Shown here piece after piece: positions 38,929 to 48,191 of a stretch of 64,000 nucleotides of DNA. The translations under genes were made by a program, and so were the position numbers. This stretch comes from Nitrospirota bacterium. Lineage in GTDB: Bacteria > Nitrospirota > Thermodesulfovibrionia > Thermodesulfovibrionales > Dissulfurispiraceae. The stretch spans positions 416,001 through 480,000 of the forward strand of contig CAWBMP010000005.1 of NCBI GenBank assembly GCA_963790025.1. The letters run 5' to 3'. Under the pieces are notes generated by a model that had not been told where the DNA came from, did not search any database, and saw only the letters and a program-made list of their open reading frames with translations. Each line of letters opens with the position of its first letter. Positions within the stretch are counted from its first letter, which is position 1.

Positions 38929-39595
38929 CGTTTGAACAATCCATTAGATACCCGAGACCGCGTATAGTACGGATAACTATGCCGCTGTTCCCCAATTTTT
39001 TTCGTAGCCGGTGTATGTACACTTCAATGGCGTTGTCGCTCACATCCTCATCCCAGCCGTGGAGGTTGTCACGTATTTGTTCCTTGCTCACTACGTGCTC
39101 TGCCCGGAGGACCAATAATTCCAAAACACATGTCTCACGGGCAGAAAGCTCAATCATCTGTTCTCCGACAACAGCACGGCGTCCTGCCGTATCGAAGCAC
39201 AAAGGGCCAAGACGGACCTGATTACTGTTTCTATAATCGGCGCGCCTCAGCAGCGCCCGCATGCGCGCCTCCAATTCAGGCAGATCGAAGGGTTTGGTCA
39301 GATAATCGTCAGCGCCCAGGTCCAGTCCCCTCACCCGGTTTTCGAGTGCATCCTGGGCAGTGAGAATCAGAACAGGCACATGGTTCCCCCGTTCGCGCAG
39401 CCGCTGCAGAACATGGAAGCCATCCATTCGTGGCAAGCCGAGGTCGAGTATGACCAGATCATACGCTTCATGGGCCAGGATGGCGTCTGCCTCTCCGCCA
39501 TTTGTTGCCAAACCGACAACATACCCGGCACGCTTCATGGAAAACACGAGACTGTCTGTCAGTACCGTGTCATCTTCAACAATAAGAATTCTCAT
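38921..39595 (-). CDS. OmpR-family response regulator (QseB/TctD-like)
   Basis: ILIVEDD, LDLGLP, GADDYLTKPF, EVYIHRLRKK, RTIRGLGY. Confidence 0.95.
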   Translation of the reverse strand: MRILIVEDDTVLTDSLVFSMKRAGYVVGLATNGGEADAILAHEAYDLVILDLGLPRMDGFHVLQRLRERGNHVPVLILTAQDALENRVRGLDLGADDYLTKPFDLPELEARMRALLRRADYRNSNQVRLGPLCFDTAGRRAVVGEQMIELSARETCVLELLVLRAEHVVSKEQIRDNLHGWDEDVSDNAIEVYIHRLRKKLGNSGIVIRTIRGLGYLMDCSNDA

Positions 39596-39688
39596 ATTCC
39601 CTATTATGGTTTCCTGACCTCAAGTTTGGCAATCCTTTTGAAGTCTTTCTCATCGTAAGCGGGAAATGCCCTGTCATCACATTCGCAT

Positions 39689-39721
39689 TGTAAGGCTGGT
39701 GTAAGTTTCGTTTTTTATAAT
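39689..39721 (+). promoter_or_regulatory. OmpR-family direct-repeat box and -10 of the czcB1 promoter
   Basis: TGTAAG-N5-TGTAAG, 10 nt, TATAAT(39716-39721); ATG 6 nt later. Confidence 0.65.
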
Positions 39722-39727
39722 ATTGGA

Positions 39728-40939
39728 ATGACGGCTCAAAAAAATATTCAAAGTACTCTGCGGTTTCTCTTTTTCGCAGGCTCACTTTTCTTGATTGTCC
39801 TGTCAGGGACGGGTTGCCGGAGTAAAGCTGCAGAGGGCAATTCGCCGTCCACGCAGGAATTGACCCAGACGTCGAATGCTATCGACTCCGCAACAGTGAC
39901 ACTAAACGATGCTCAGCTTAAATCGGTCAAGATCGAGCCGGTAGGCCGGCATATCTTCACGGTCCAGCGGGAGGCAGTCGGCAATATCGATTTCAACCAG
40001 GACAGGTCGGTCCAGGTCTATCCGCCGAATCAGGGGAAGATCATCGAGCTGTTCGCCAACCTCGGCGATAATGTGGCCAAAGGGAAGAAGCTATACACAA
40101 TTAACAGCCCCGATCTCGCACAAGTCGAGTCGGCCTTGATTGCTGCGACAGGCGTCTTTGACCTCACCAACCATGTATTAGAGCGCGCCAGGAAGCTCTA
40201 TGAGGTGCAGGGAATTGCCCAGAAAGATCTGGAACAGGCAATCTCCGACCAGCAGACCGCAGAGGGTGCGCTAAAAGCGGCCCGCCACGCCGTCAGTATC
40301 TTCGGGAAAGACGAAACCGAGATCGATCAAATCGTGGCAAAGCGCCAAATCGACCCGGCAATGGTTGTGCTCAGCCCTATAACAGGCCGCATAACGGCCC
40401 GCAATGCTGCGCCCGGACTTTTGGTGCAACCCGGTACTCCACCTGCCCCGTACCTGGTTACCGATATCTCGACCATGTGGATGGTTGCGTTCGTTGCCGA
40501 AAGCGACAGTCCGCTTTTTCATGCAGGACAGGCAGTCAAAGTCAAGCTCATGGCCTTTCCCGGCAGGGTGTTCGAGGGAAGGATTTCTACCGTGGGAGCG
40601 ACTGTAGACCCCGCTACCCATCGGCTTATGGTGCGGTCGGCAATTCGTGATCCGAAGCACGAACTGCGGCCGGGCATGTTTGCAACTTTTACCATCAGCA
40701 CTGGTGGAGCGGTACGGTATATCGCAGTCCCGGCGGGTGGCGTGGTCCTCGAAAGCGACGGCACGATGACTGCCTGGGTGACAACCGATCGACATCACTT
40801 CGTGCAAAGGCCGCTCAAGCTTGGCTTGCAAGAGGATGGCTGGTATCAGATTGTCGAAGGTCTGCGTCCCGGTGAACTGGTTGTTACCGAGGGCGGCATA
40901 TTCCTCAGCAACTTGCTGCAAGCGCCGCCGACCGATTAG
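39728..40939 (+). CDS. Heavy-metal RND periplasmic adaptor (CzcB-like), system 1
   Basis: Lipoprotein signal (GTGC), SPITG, VDPATH, LRPGMFA. Confidence 0.9.
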   Translation: MTAQKNIQSTLRFLFFAGSLFLIVLSGTGCRSKAAEGNSPSTQELTQTSNAIDSATVTLNDAQLKSVKIEPVGRHIFTVQREAVGNIDFNQDRSVQVYPPNQGKIIELFANLGDNVAKGKKLYTINSPDLAQVESALIAATGVFDLTNHVLERARKLYEVQGIAQKDLEQAISDQQTAEGALKAARHAVSIFGKDETEIDQIVAKRQIDPAMVVLSPITGRITARNAAPGLLVQPGTPPAPYLVTDISTMWMVAFVAESDSPLFHAGQAVKVKLMAFPGRVFEGRISTVGATVDPATHRLMVRSAIRDPKHELRPGMFATFTISTGGAVRYIAVPAGGVVLESDGTMTAWVTTDRHHFVQRPLKLGLQEDGWYQIVEGLRPGELVVTEGGIFLSNLLQAPPTD

Positions 40940-40941
40940 CC

Positions 40942-43900
40942 ATGTTCAGGTCTCTCATAGCATTTTGTCTGAGCCGCCGTGCTATTATTGTTGTCGGCCT
41001 GCTGATGTTTTCAGGCGCCGCGTTTCTCGCTTTTCAAAGGCTCAACATCGAGGCCTATCCGAATCCATCGCCGGTTATCCTGGAGATTACCGCTCAAGCG
41101 CCGGGCCTCTCGGCCGAAGAGATGGAGCGTTACTACACGCGCCCGATTGAAATTGGTCTCTACACGACCCCCGGCATTTCTGTCATCCGGTCAACTTCGT
41201 TTTATGGTCTGTCTTTTGTCCGGGTCGTTTTCAAATATGGGGTGGATTATCACTTCGCCTACAGCCAGGCGGCCATAGCGTTGCAGCAAAATGTCAGCCT
41301 TCCCGGCAATCTGGTGCCCACGATTCAACAGAACAGCGGGACCGGGGAAATCTTTCGTTATCAGGTGGTCGGCCCGAAGCATTTCGGGATAACCAATCTG
41401 CGCACTGTCCAGGATTGGATCGTTGCGCGCCGGCTGTTGACCATTCCGGGTATAGTTGCCGTCAACAGTTGGGGCGGCCCGACAAAGCAGTTCGAGGTCG
41501 AGGTCGATCCGCACAAACTGGAAGCCTACAACGCTACAGTGCCCCAAATCATTACCGCGCTGGGCAACGCCAACATCAACGTGGGCGGACGGGAAATCCG
41601 GATCGGCCAGCAATCCATCAATATCCGCGGCGTCGGACTGATCGACGACGGCGGCAATGATGATTTGACCCAGGGTTGCAAGGTCGATGACATCGAAAAC
41701 GTTGTCCTGACCCAGGCTAACGGCGTTCCGGTGCTGGTAAAGGATGTCGCGAAGGTGCATGTAGGCTATAGGCCGAGGCTCGGAATCTGGGGCCACGACA
41801 TGACAGACGACGCGGTGGCGTCGATCGTGGTGATGAGCCGCACGGAACATGCTCACGACATGCTGCCGAAGGTCAAAGCCGAAATCGCCAGGATGAACGG
41901 CGACGGAAGCCTGCCGCCCGGAGTCAAGCTGGTTCCCTTTTACGATCGCGGGTCTTTGATCAGCGTCACTACCCACACCGTTTTGCACAACCTGATTTTC
42001 GGATGCCTTCTTGTCTTTCTGATCCAATGGATTTTCCTCGGCAATCTCCGCAGCGCAATCATTGTCGGGATGAATATTCCGTTTGCGCTGTTCTTTGCCG
42101 TCATTCTCCTTGTGCTTCAAGGCGAAAGCGCTAACCTGCTCTCGGTCGGCGCAGTTGATTTCGGCATTATCGTGGATTCAGCAGTAATACTGGTCGAGAA
42201 TATATTCCGGAATTTCCAGGGGGAAACGGAAGAAAGACAGCAACTCTCTGGAGCGACCTTGCGCAGGGGCATTTTGGGAACGGACCCGACAGGCCGGCAT
42301 GCATTGTCGGCCACGGTGGACGGACCGGTTGCGCCTGATCTTCATCAGCGCCCTGCAGGTGGACAAGGCGGTTTTCTTTTCGGCCTTAATCACAGTGGCC
42401 GCTTTCGTGCCGCTCTTCACCATGCAGGGAGTCGAGGGGCGATATTCGGCCCAATGGCGCGCACATATGGCTACGCGCTGGCCGGCGCCCTGATCGCAAC
42501 GTTCACAGTCACGCCTGTGCTTGCGTCCTTTCTGCTTCCCGAGGACGTGAAGGAAACTGAGACACTCGTTGTCCGCACACTGCACCGTCTTTACGATCCG
42601 GCGCTGCGTTTCGCGCTCGCCCGCCGTACGATCATGGTGGTGATCGGAATTGTTTTTATTCTGGGGGCCGGATTGCTTGGCTCTGCGGCTTGGAAGCGAA
42701 TTTCTCCCGCAACTCGAAGAAGGCAATTTCTGGATTCGCGCTTCCATGCCGATGACGCTCTCGCTGACAGACGGCGAGGCGGCGACGAGAAAAATGCGGA
42801 TGATTCTCCTGCAATATCCGGAGGTAGTCACCGTGACCTCCCAGCATGGCCGGCCCGACGACGGCAGCGATGCGTCGCCGTTTTCCAACGTCGAGTTATT
42901 CGCAGCCCTCAAGCCGCCTGACCAATGGCCGCAGGGTGTGACCAAGGAGAAACTGACCGAGCAGAGTCAACGCCGAGTTTGAGCGCGAGCTGCCGGGAGT
43001 TAACTTCAACTTCTCCCAATACATCCAGGATAACATCGAGGAGGCCATTTCAGGCGTTAAAGGCGGTCAATTCGGTGAAGATCGTCGGCCCCAATCTCGA
43101 AACCCTGACGAAGCTGGCCGCGCAAGTCCGGGACCAAATGAGCCAGGTCCGCGGCGTTGCCGACCTCGGAATCTTTCCGGTCCTTGGGCAGCCGAATCTG
43201 AACATCAAGGTAGATCGTACTAAAGCTGCACGGTATGGCCTCAATACCGGCGACATCAACTCGGTCATTCAGGCAGCGCTGGGCGGAGCTGTCGCTACGA
43301 CGGTTTTGGAGGGCGATCGCCAGTTCGAGCTGGCTGTCCGGTTCCCGGCCGAAAGCCGGGACAACATCGAAAAAATAAGCAATGTCAAGGTGGCCTATCA
43401 AACGGGCAGCGGCCCCAACGCCTACATTCCCCTGAGTGAACTGGCGACGATCGCAATGGATACGGGGGCAGCCTGGATTTATCACGAGAGCGTGCAGCGC
43501 TTCATTCCCGTCAAGTTCAGTGTTCGCGGGCGCGATTTGGCCGGCACCGTTGCCGAAGCGCAGCAGCGCATCGCAAAGAATTTGAAACTTCCGAACGGCT
43601 ATCGTCTGGTCTGGGCCGGCGAGTACGGGGAACTTCAGGCAGCCAGGAAGCGTCTGGCGATCATAGTGCCAATCAGTCTTGTGCTTATTCTGGGGCTGCT
43701 CTACGCCTTGTTCAGTTCCCTGCTGGAGAGCCTTCTGGCATTGTCCGGGATTCCCTTCGCGATCGCCGGCGGAGTTTTGGCTCTCTATGTTTCCGGTCTC
43801 AATTTCAGCATATCCGCTGCCGTCGGATTTGTCTCGCTCTTTGGTGTGTCCGTCATGAACGGCATTCTGATCATTACCTATTACAATCAGGCAAGGCTTC

Positions 43901-44145
43901 GCGGAGACATGCCCGTGGACGCTATGTTCCACGCCGCATTGACCCGTATGCGGCCGCTGCTGATGACGAGCCTCTCAGCCTGCATAGGGCTGTTACCGGC
44001 AGCAATTTCCAGGGGCATCGGCAGCGAGGTGCAGCGCCCGCTCGCTACTGTAATCGTCGGCGGTATGTTTATCGGCCCGATCATGCTGCTCGTTGTTGTG
44101 CCTGCGCTCAAAATGGTGTTCCTGGGAAAAACAAGTGAAAAGTGA
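40942..44145 (+). pseudogene. CzcA/CusA-family heavy-metal RND transporter, system 1, interrupted by at least 5 frameshifts (possibly sequence errors)
   Basis: AVDFGIIVDSAVILVEN and RMRPLLMT; CzcA homology hops frames at ~42310, 42440, 42680, 42967 and 43066. Confidence 0.8.
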
Positions 44146-44263
44146 GAGGTAAAAAGTGAAAAGTGAAAACAAAAAAAATAAAAAGCCGGAACTGGTAAGT
44201 GATCAGTCTAATTCTTTGCTTGTCAATTGTTGCTTTTCACTTTTAACTTTTAACTTCTTACTT
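44133..44263. repeat. Heptamer-based inverted repeat (AAGTGAA)n...(TTTTMAC)n
   Basis: 5 left units (44133-44167) and 4 right units (44234-44261). Confidence 0.8.
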
Positions 44264-45700
44264 GTCTTCGGTTGCGCCTTGGGTCCCGACTTCCGCAGGC
44301 CGACCTTACCTGCCATCGACGGTTATACGCCTCAGCCGCTGACTGCGACATCATCTGCTGCCGACCTGGCAAGCGGCGAGAGACAGCGATTTGCGATGGG
44401 TACGGACATTCCGCAACAGTGGTGGGCATTGTTTAAGTCGCCGGAGCTCAACGCGCTGGTCGAAAAATCGCTCAAGGCCAACCCGACGATAGACGCAGCG
44501 AAGGCAGCCTTGCGTCAGGCCCGGGAGAACGTCTATGCCCAGCAGGGCTATTACTATCCTTCAGTCCAGGCGGGTGCTTCAGTCAGCCGTGCAAAGGACC
44601 CGGGCACTATTGCGCCGGTATTGAGTTCAGGGGAAGAACCCTACAATCTCCGTACTGCACAGGTGAGTGTGGGCTTCACACCTGACGTGTTCGGCGGCAA
44701 CCGGCGGCAGGTGGAATCCCTGAATGCCCAGGCCGATTTTCAACGCTTCCAGCTCGAGGCGACTTATCTTGCGCTGACTTCGAACGTGGTTGCCGCGGCC
44801 ATCCAGGAAGCTTCATTGCGCTCTCAGATTTCCGCTACTCTCGACATCATCAAGGTCGAAACTGTGATGGTAGATCAGCTGCGCCGACAGTTCGATCTCG
44901 GGTATGTTGCCGGGCTCGATGTGGCTGTGCAGGAAGCGGCCCTTGCCCAGGTGCAGCAAACCTTGCCGCTACTGCAGAAGCAACTGGCACAAACTCGCGA
45001 TTTGCTTGCGGCCCTTGCCGGCACTTTCCCGAACCAGGAACTCGATGAAAAGTTCGAGCTCGAGGCGCTTAGCCTTCCCCAGGAACTTCCCGTCAGCCTT
45101 CCCTCCAGGCTGGTGGAGCAAAGGCCTGACGTGCGCGCTGCCGAGGAGCAAATGCATGCTGCCAGCGCCCAGGTCGGAGTTGCAGTCGCCGCTATGCTGC
45201 CGAATATCACCCTGAGCGCCAATTTGGGCAGCACCGCCACTATTATTAATAAATTGTTTACGCCGGGCACCGGCTTCTGGGGCCTGGCCGCCGATATCAC
45301 TCAACCTGTCTTCGAGGGGGGCACGTTGCTGCACAGGAAACGGGCCGCTGAAGCGGGCCTGGATCAGGCTGAGGCGCAGTACCGCAGCACGGTCATCGCC
45401 GCCTTCCAAAACGTGGCGGACACGCTGCATGCGCTCCAATCCGATGCCGATGCCCTGAAAGCTGCCGAAGCTTTCGAACAGGCCACGAGGCGGAGCCTCG
45501 ACCTTGCACGCCGGCAATTCGAACTTGGCTACGTTAATTACTTATCATTTCTTTCCGCCGAGCAGACTTACCAGCAGGCAGTGATCAATACAGTACAGGC
45601 CCAGGCCAACCGTTATGCAGACACTGCAGCTTTATTTATGGCGCTCGGCGGCGGCTGGTGGAACCGGTCCGATAAACCCGGCGCGGAATCAAGGCAATAA
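44156..45700 (+). CDS. RND outer-membrane lipoprotein (NodT/OprM family)
   Basis: Lipobox VFGC-ALGPDF, WWALF, RPDVRAAE, ALGGGW. Confidence 0.92.
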   Translation: MKSENKKNKKPELVSDQSNSLLVNCCFSLLTFNFLLVFGCALGPDFRRPTLPAIDGYTPQPLTATSSAADLASGERQRFAMGTDIPQQWWALFKSPELNALVEKSLKANPTIDAAKAALRQARENVYAQQGYYYPSVQAGASVSRAKDPGTIAPVLSSGEEPYNLRTAQVSVGFTPDVFGGNRRQVESLNAQADFQRFQLEATYLALTSNVVAAAIQEASLRSQISATLDIIKVETVMVDQLRRQFDLGYVAGLDVAVQEAALAQVQQTLPLLQKQLAQTRDLLAALAGTFPNQELDEKFELEALSLPQELPVSLPSRLVEQRPDVRAAEEQMHAASAQVGVAVAAMLPNITLSANLGSTATIINKLFTPGTGFWGLAADITQPVFEGGTLLHRKRAAEAGLDQAEAQYRSTVIAAFQNVADTLHALQSDADALKAAEAFEQATRRSLDLARRQFELGYVNYLSFLSAEQTYQQAVINTVQAQANRYADTAALFMALGGGWWNRSDKPGAESRQ

Positions 45701-45795
45701 TTAACGTCGCCGTAATAATATTGTTTTTGTTATAATGACGAATATTTTTTGGAGTTTACGACGAATACTGTTCGCTAAAATGGATCGACTTGGGC

Positions 45796-45840
45796 TTAAC
45801 ATTCCCGTAACATTCTTTTGTTACAGTAAATTGTTATTAT
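45796..45840 (+). promoter_or_regulatory. Pho-box-like 11 bp direct repeat upstream of czcCBA system 2
   Basis: TTAACATT-ccc-GTAACATT; TGtTATTAT at 45832-45840. Confidence 0.45.
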
Positions 45841-45897
45841 ATGGAGTTTAAGACGAAGAACATTCTATCAGACTAAATTCATTGCTTCACGAAAGGC

Positions 45898-47145
45898 ATG
45901 TTCCGTTCAATTAAATATATATCTATTCTCATAGTGTTATCCCTGATGACCAACGTTTGCCTATCGCTGCCGGTTGCTGCCGAGGATGAGGTTAGCCTTG
46001 ATCAGGCGGTAGAACAATTTTATAAGAACAATTTTGACGTGCTTATAAGCAAGTATGAGATCGACAAGGCATATGGGGATTATATAGGGTCACGCCTGCG
46101 TCCAAACCCGAATTTGAGCTTTAACTACACATTTATACAGCTTAAGGATTTCCCGCATGCAGGCGATAATACGCAAACCGTTACAAGAATCGACCAGTTG
46201 ATCGAGCTCGGTGGTAAAAGGGGATTGAGGACCGGTGCGGCATCCGAAACCCTGGAATCTTCAAAATTGTCTCAAAAAGATACTGTGAGGACGCTGCTCA
46301 TAGGTTTTTACACAGTTTTCTTCAATCTTAATACGGATATGCTCAACGTGGATGAGGCGCGGGAAATGCTGGAGAGATTCGACAAGATATTTGCGGTCGG
46401 CGAGAAGCGCTATCAGGCCGGTTTTTTAACACTGCTCGATTATACCAAGCTGAAGCTGGGAAGAATCGATTTCGAAAACAGCCTTGCCGGCCTTGAAACC
46501 CAGTTCAGGAACGATACTGAACAGTTCAGCTTGCTTCTTGGAAGCGCAGGACCCATGAAACCAGCCCTTCAGGTCCGGGAAGATTTCAATACCTATACGG
46601 AACAAGACCTCCTCAAGAGTGCTTATCAATACCGGTACGATCTCCTCTCGGTTGAGAAGCAGTTGAAGGCATCGGAATTTGCGGGGCAGCTTGCGAAAGC
46701 CAAGGCAGTGCCGGACATTACAGTGGGGGCAGAATTCGAAACAATAACGGCAAGGAACACGCCGGGAGTCGGCTTCGGCGTCAGTTTACCTCTTCCGCTA
46801 TTCAACAGGAACCAGGGCGAGATAGCCAGGAGGCAGGCAGAATATAGTCAGCTTGAATTACAGAAGGACAAAGTGAAGCGGCAGATTGTTTCCGATGTCC
46901 GTCAGGCCCTGAACAATTATTCCGGATCGATAAATATCTTTGAAGCCTTCAAGACGAGAAAAAATGACATGAAGGAGTTGATGTCAAAGAGCGAAAAGGC
47001 CTTTTCCCTGGGCGGGATTACCGTGCTCGATCTGCTTGATACCGAGAAGACATACAGAGATTTCATGGTAAAGTACAACCAGTCACTTGTTCAGGTCAAT
47101 CTTAACAGGCAACTCTTAAAGGTTTATACAGGAGAGATGAAGTGA
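45898..47145 (+). CDS. TolC/CzcC family outer-membrane factor, system 2
   Basis: RPNPNLS, IELGGKR, PLPLFNRNQGEI. Confidence 0.9.
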   Translation: MFRSIKYISILIVLSLMTNVCLSLPVAAEDEVSLDQAVEQFYKNNFDVLISKYEIDKAYGDYIGSRLRPNPNLSFNYTFIQLKDFPHAGDNTQTVTRIDQLIELGGKRGLRTGAASETLESSKLSQKDTVRTLLIGFYTVFFNLNTDMLNVDEAREMLERFDKIFAVGEKRYQAGFLTLLDYTKLKLGRIDFENSLAGLETQFRNDTEQFSLLLGSAGPMKPALQVREDFNTYTEQDLLKSAYQYRYDLLSVEKQLKASEFAGQLAKAKAVPDITVGAEFETITARNTPGVGFGVSLPLPLFNRNQGEIARRQAEYSQLELQKDKVKRQIVSDVRQALNNYSGSINIFEAFKTRKNDMKELMSKSEKAFSLGGITVLDLLDTEKTYRDFMVKYNQSLVQVNLNRQLLKVYTGEMK

Positions 47146-48191
47146 AAAAAACGGCGCTTATGCTGCTGATTTTAATGCTGTCCGGCTTAATTATGTTCGG
47201 CTGTTCCGGGGACGATCCTTACAAAAAGGAAACAAAGGAAGCATTGCATACCTATAAGGTGACGTTCCAGAAAGTGCAATCTTTTATAGAGGCGACGGGC
47301 TCAGTCCAGGCCGATGTGGAGGGAGGAGCAAAAATAGTTTCTCCGTTGCAGGGAACGGTGGAAAAAATCCTCGTAAAGATTGGTGACAGGGTAAAAAAGG
47401 GTACCCCGCTCATAGCATTAAGAAGTTCCGACGTGAGCGATGCGCATGCGAGTTACCTTTCGGCAATGGCCGAGCTGAGTCAGGCGGACCGGGTATATAA
47501 ATTGAATAAGCAGCTATTTGAAATCGGCGCAGTCACGAAGAACGATCTGCTTAACAGCGAGGCGAATTATGAACAGGCGAGGGCACTGGCGGAAGGCCTG
47601 AAAAAGAAGCTCGACATATACGGCGTATCCGGCGATACTATTCATGACACTCTCATCATCAGGGCGCCTATCGATGGGTCGGTTGCTGACCTCCAGGCCC
47701 ATATCGGCGACAGGTTCGACACAAGCACGCCGCTGATTACAATTGCCGACCCCGGCAAGACAGTGGTTGTTGCTAATATTTATGACACGGATGCAATGAA
47801 GATCCAGAAGGGCAGGGAGGTCGCCTTCTATGCCGATATCTTTCCGGATACCGTCTTTAAAGGTGTCATCTCGTATATAAGCGATGTCGAGGACATGGAC
47901 TCAAAGACTATCAAGACATATATCAAAAATGTAAGCGGCAAGGGCCTCTTCAGGCAGAATATGTTTTTAAAGATCAGGATACTCGCAGGGGAAAAGCTGC
48001 TCCCGATGGTCCCGAAAACAGCCCTTATCTTCAAGGACGGGAAGTTCTATGTGAACAGGAAAAGGGGTGAAAAGTTTGAGCTTCTTGAGGTCAAACCTGC
48101 GGGCAGCACTACGGACAAGCTGATGGCCGTTGAAGGACTGAGCGAGGGAGACGAGATCGCTTACTCGGCAATAGACCTGGAGAAGCCATGA
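47142..48191 (+). CDS. RND periplasmic adaptor (CzcB-like), system 2
   Basis: Lipobox FGC, GDRVKKG, RAPIDG; GTGA overlap with the upstream gene. Confidence 0.9.
   Translation: MKKTALMLLILMLSGLIMFGCSGDDPYKKETKEALHTYKVTFQKVQSFIEATGSVQADVEGGAKIVSPLQGTVEKILVKIGDRVKKGTPLIALRSSDVSDAHASYLSAMAELSQADRVYKLNKQLFEIGAVTKNDLLNSEANYEQARALAEGLKKKLDIYGVSGDTIHDTLIIRAPIDGSVADLQAHIGDRFDTSTPLITIADPGKTVVVANIYDTDAMKIQKGREVAFYADIFPDTVFKGVISYISDVEDMDSKTIKTYIKNVSGKGLFRQNMFLKIRILAGEKLLPMVPKTALIFKDGKFYVNRKRGEKFELLEVKPAGSTTDKLMAVEGLSEGDEIAYSAIDLEKP

Noticed and set aside
42240..43070. Programmed frameshifting in czcA1
   Set aside because: Too many shifts, in both directions, with no slippery sequences
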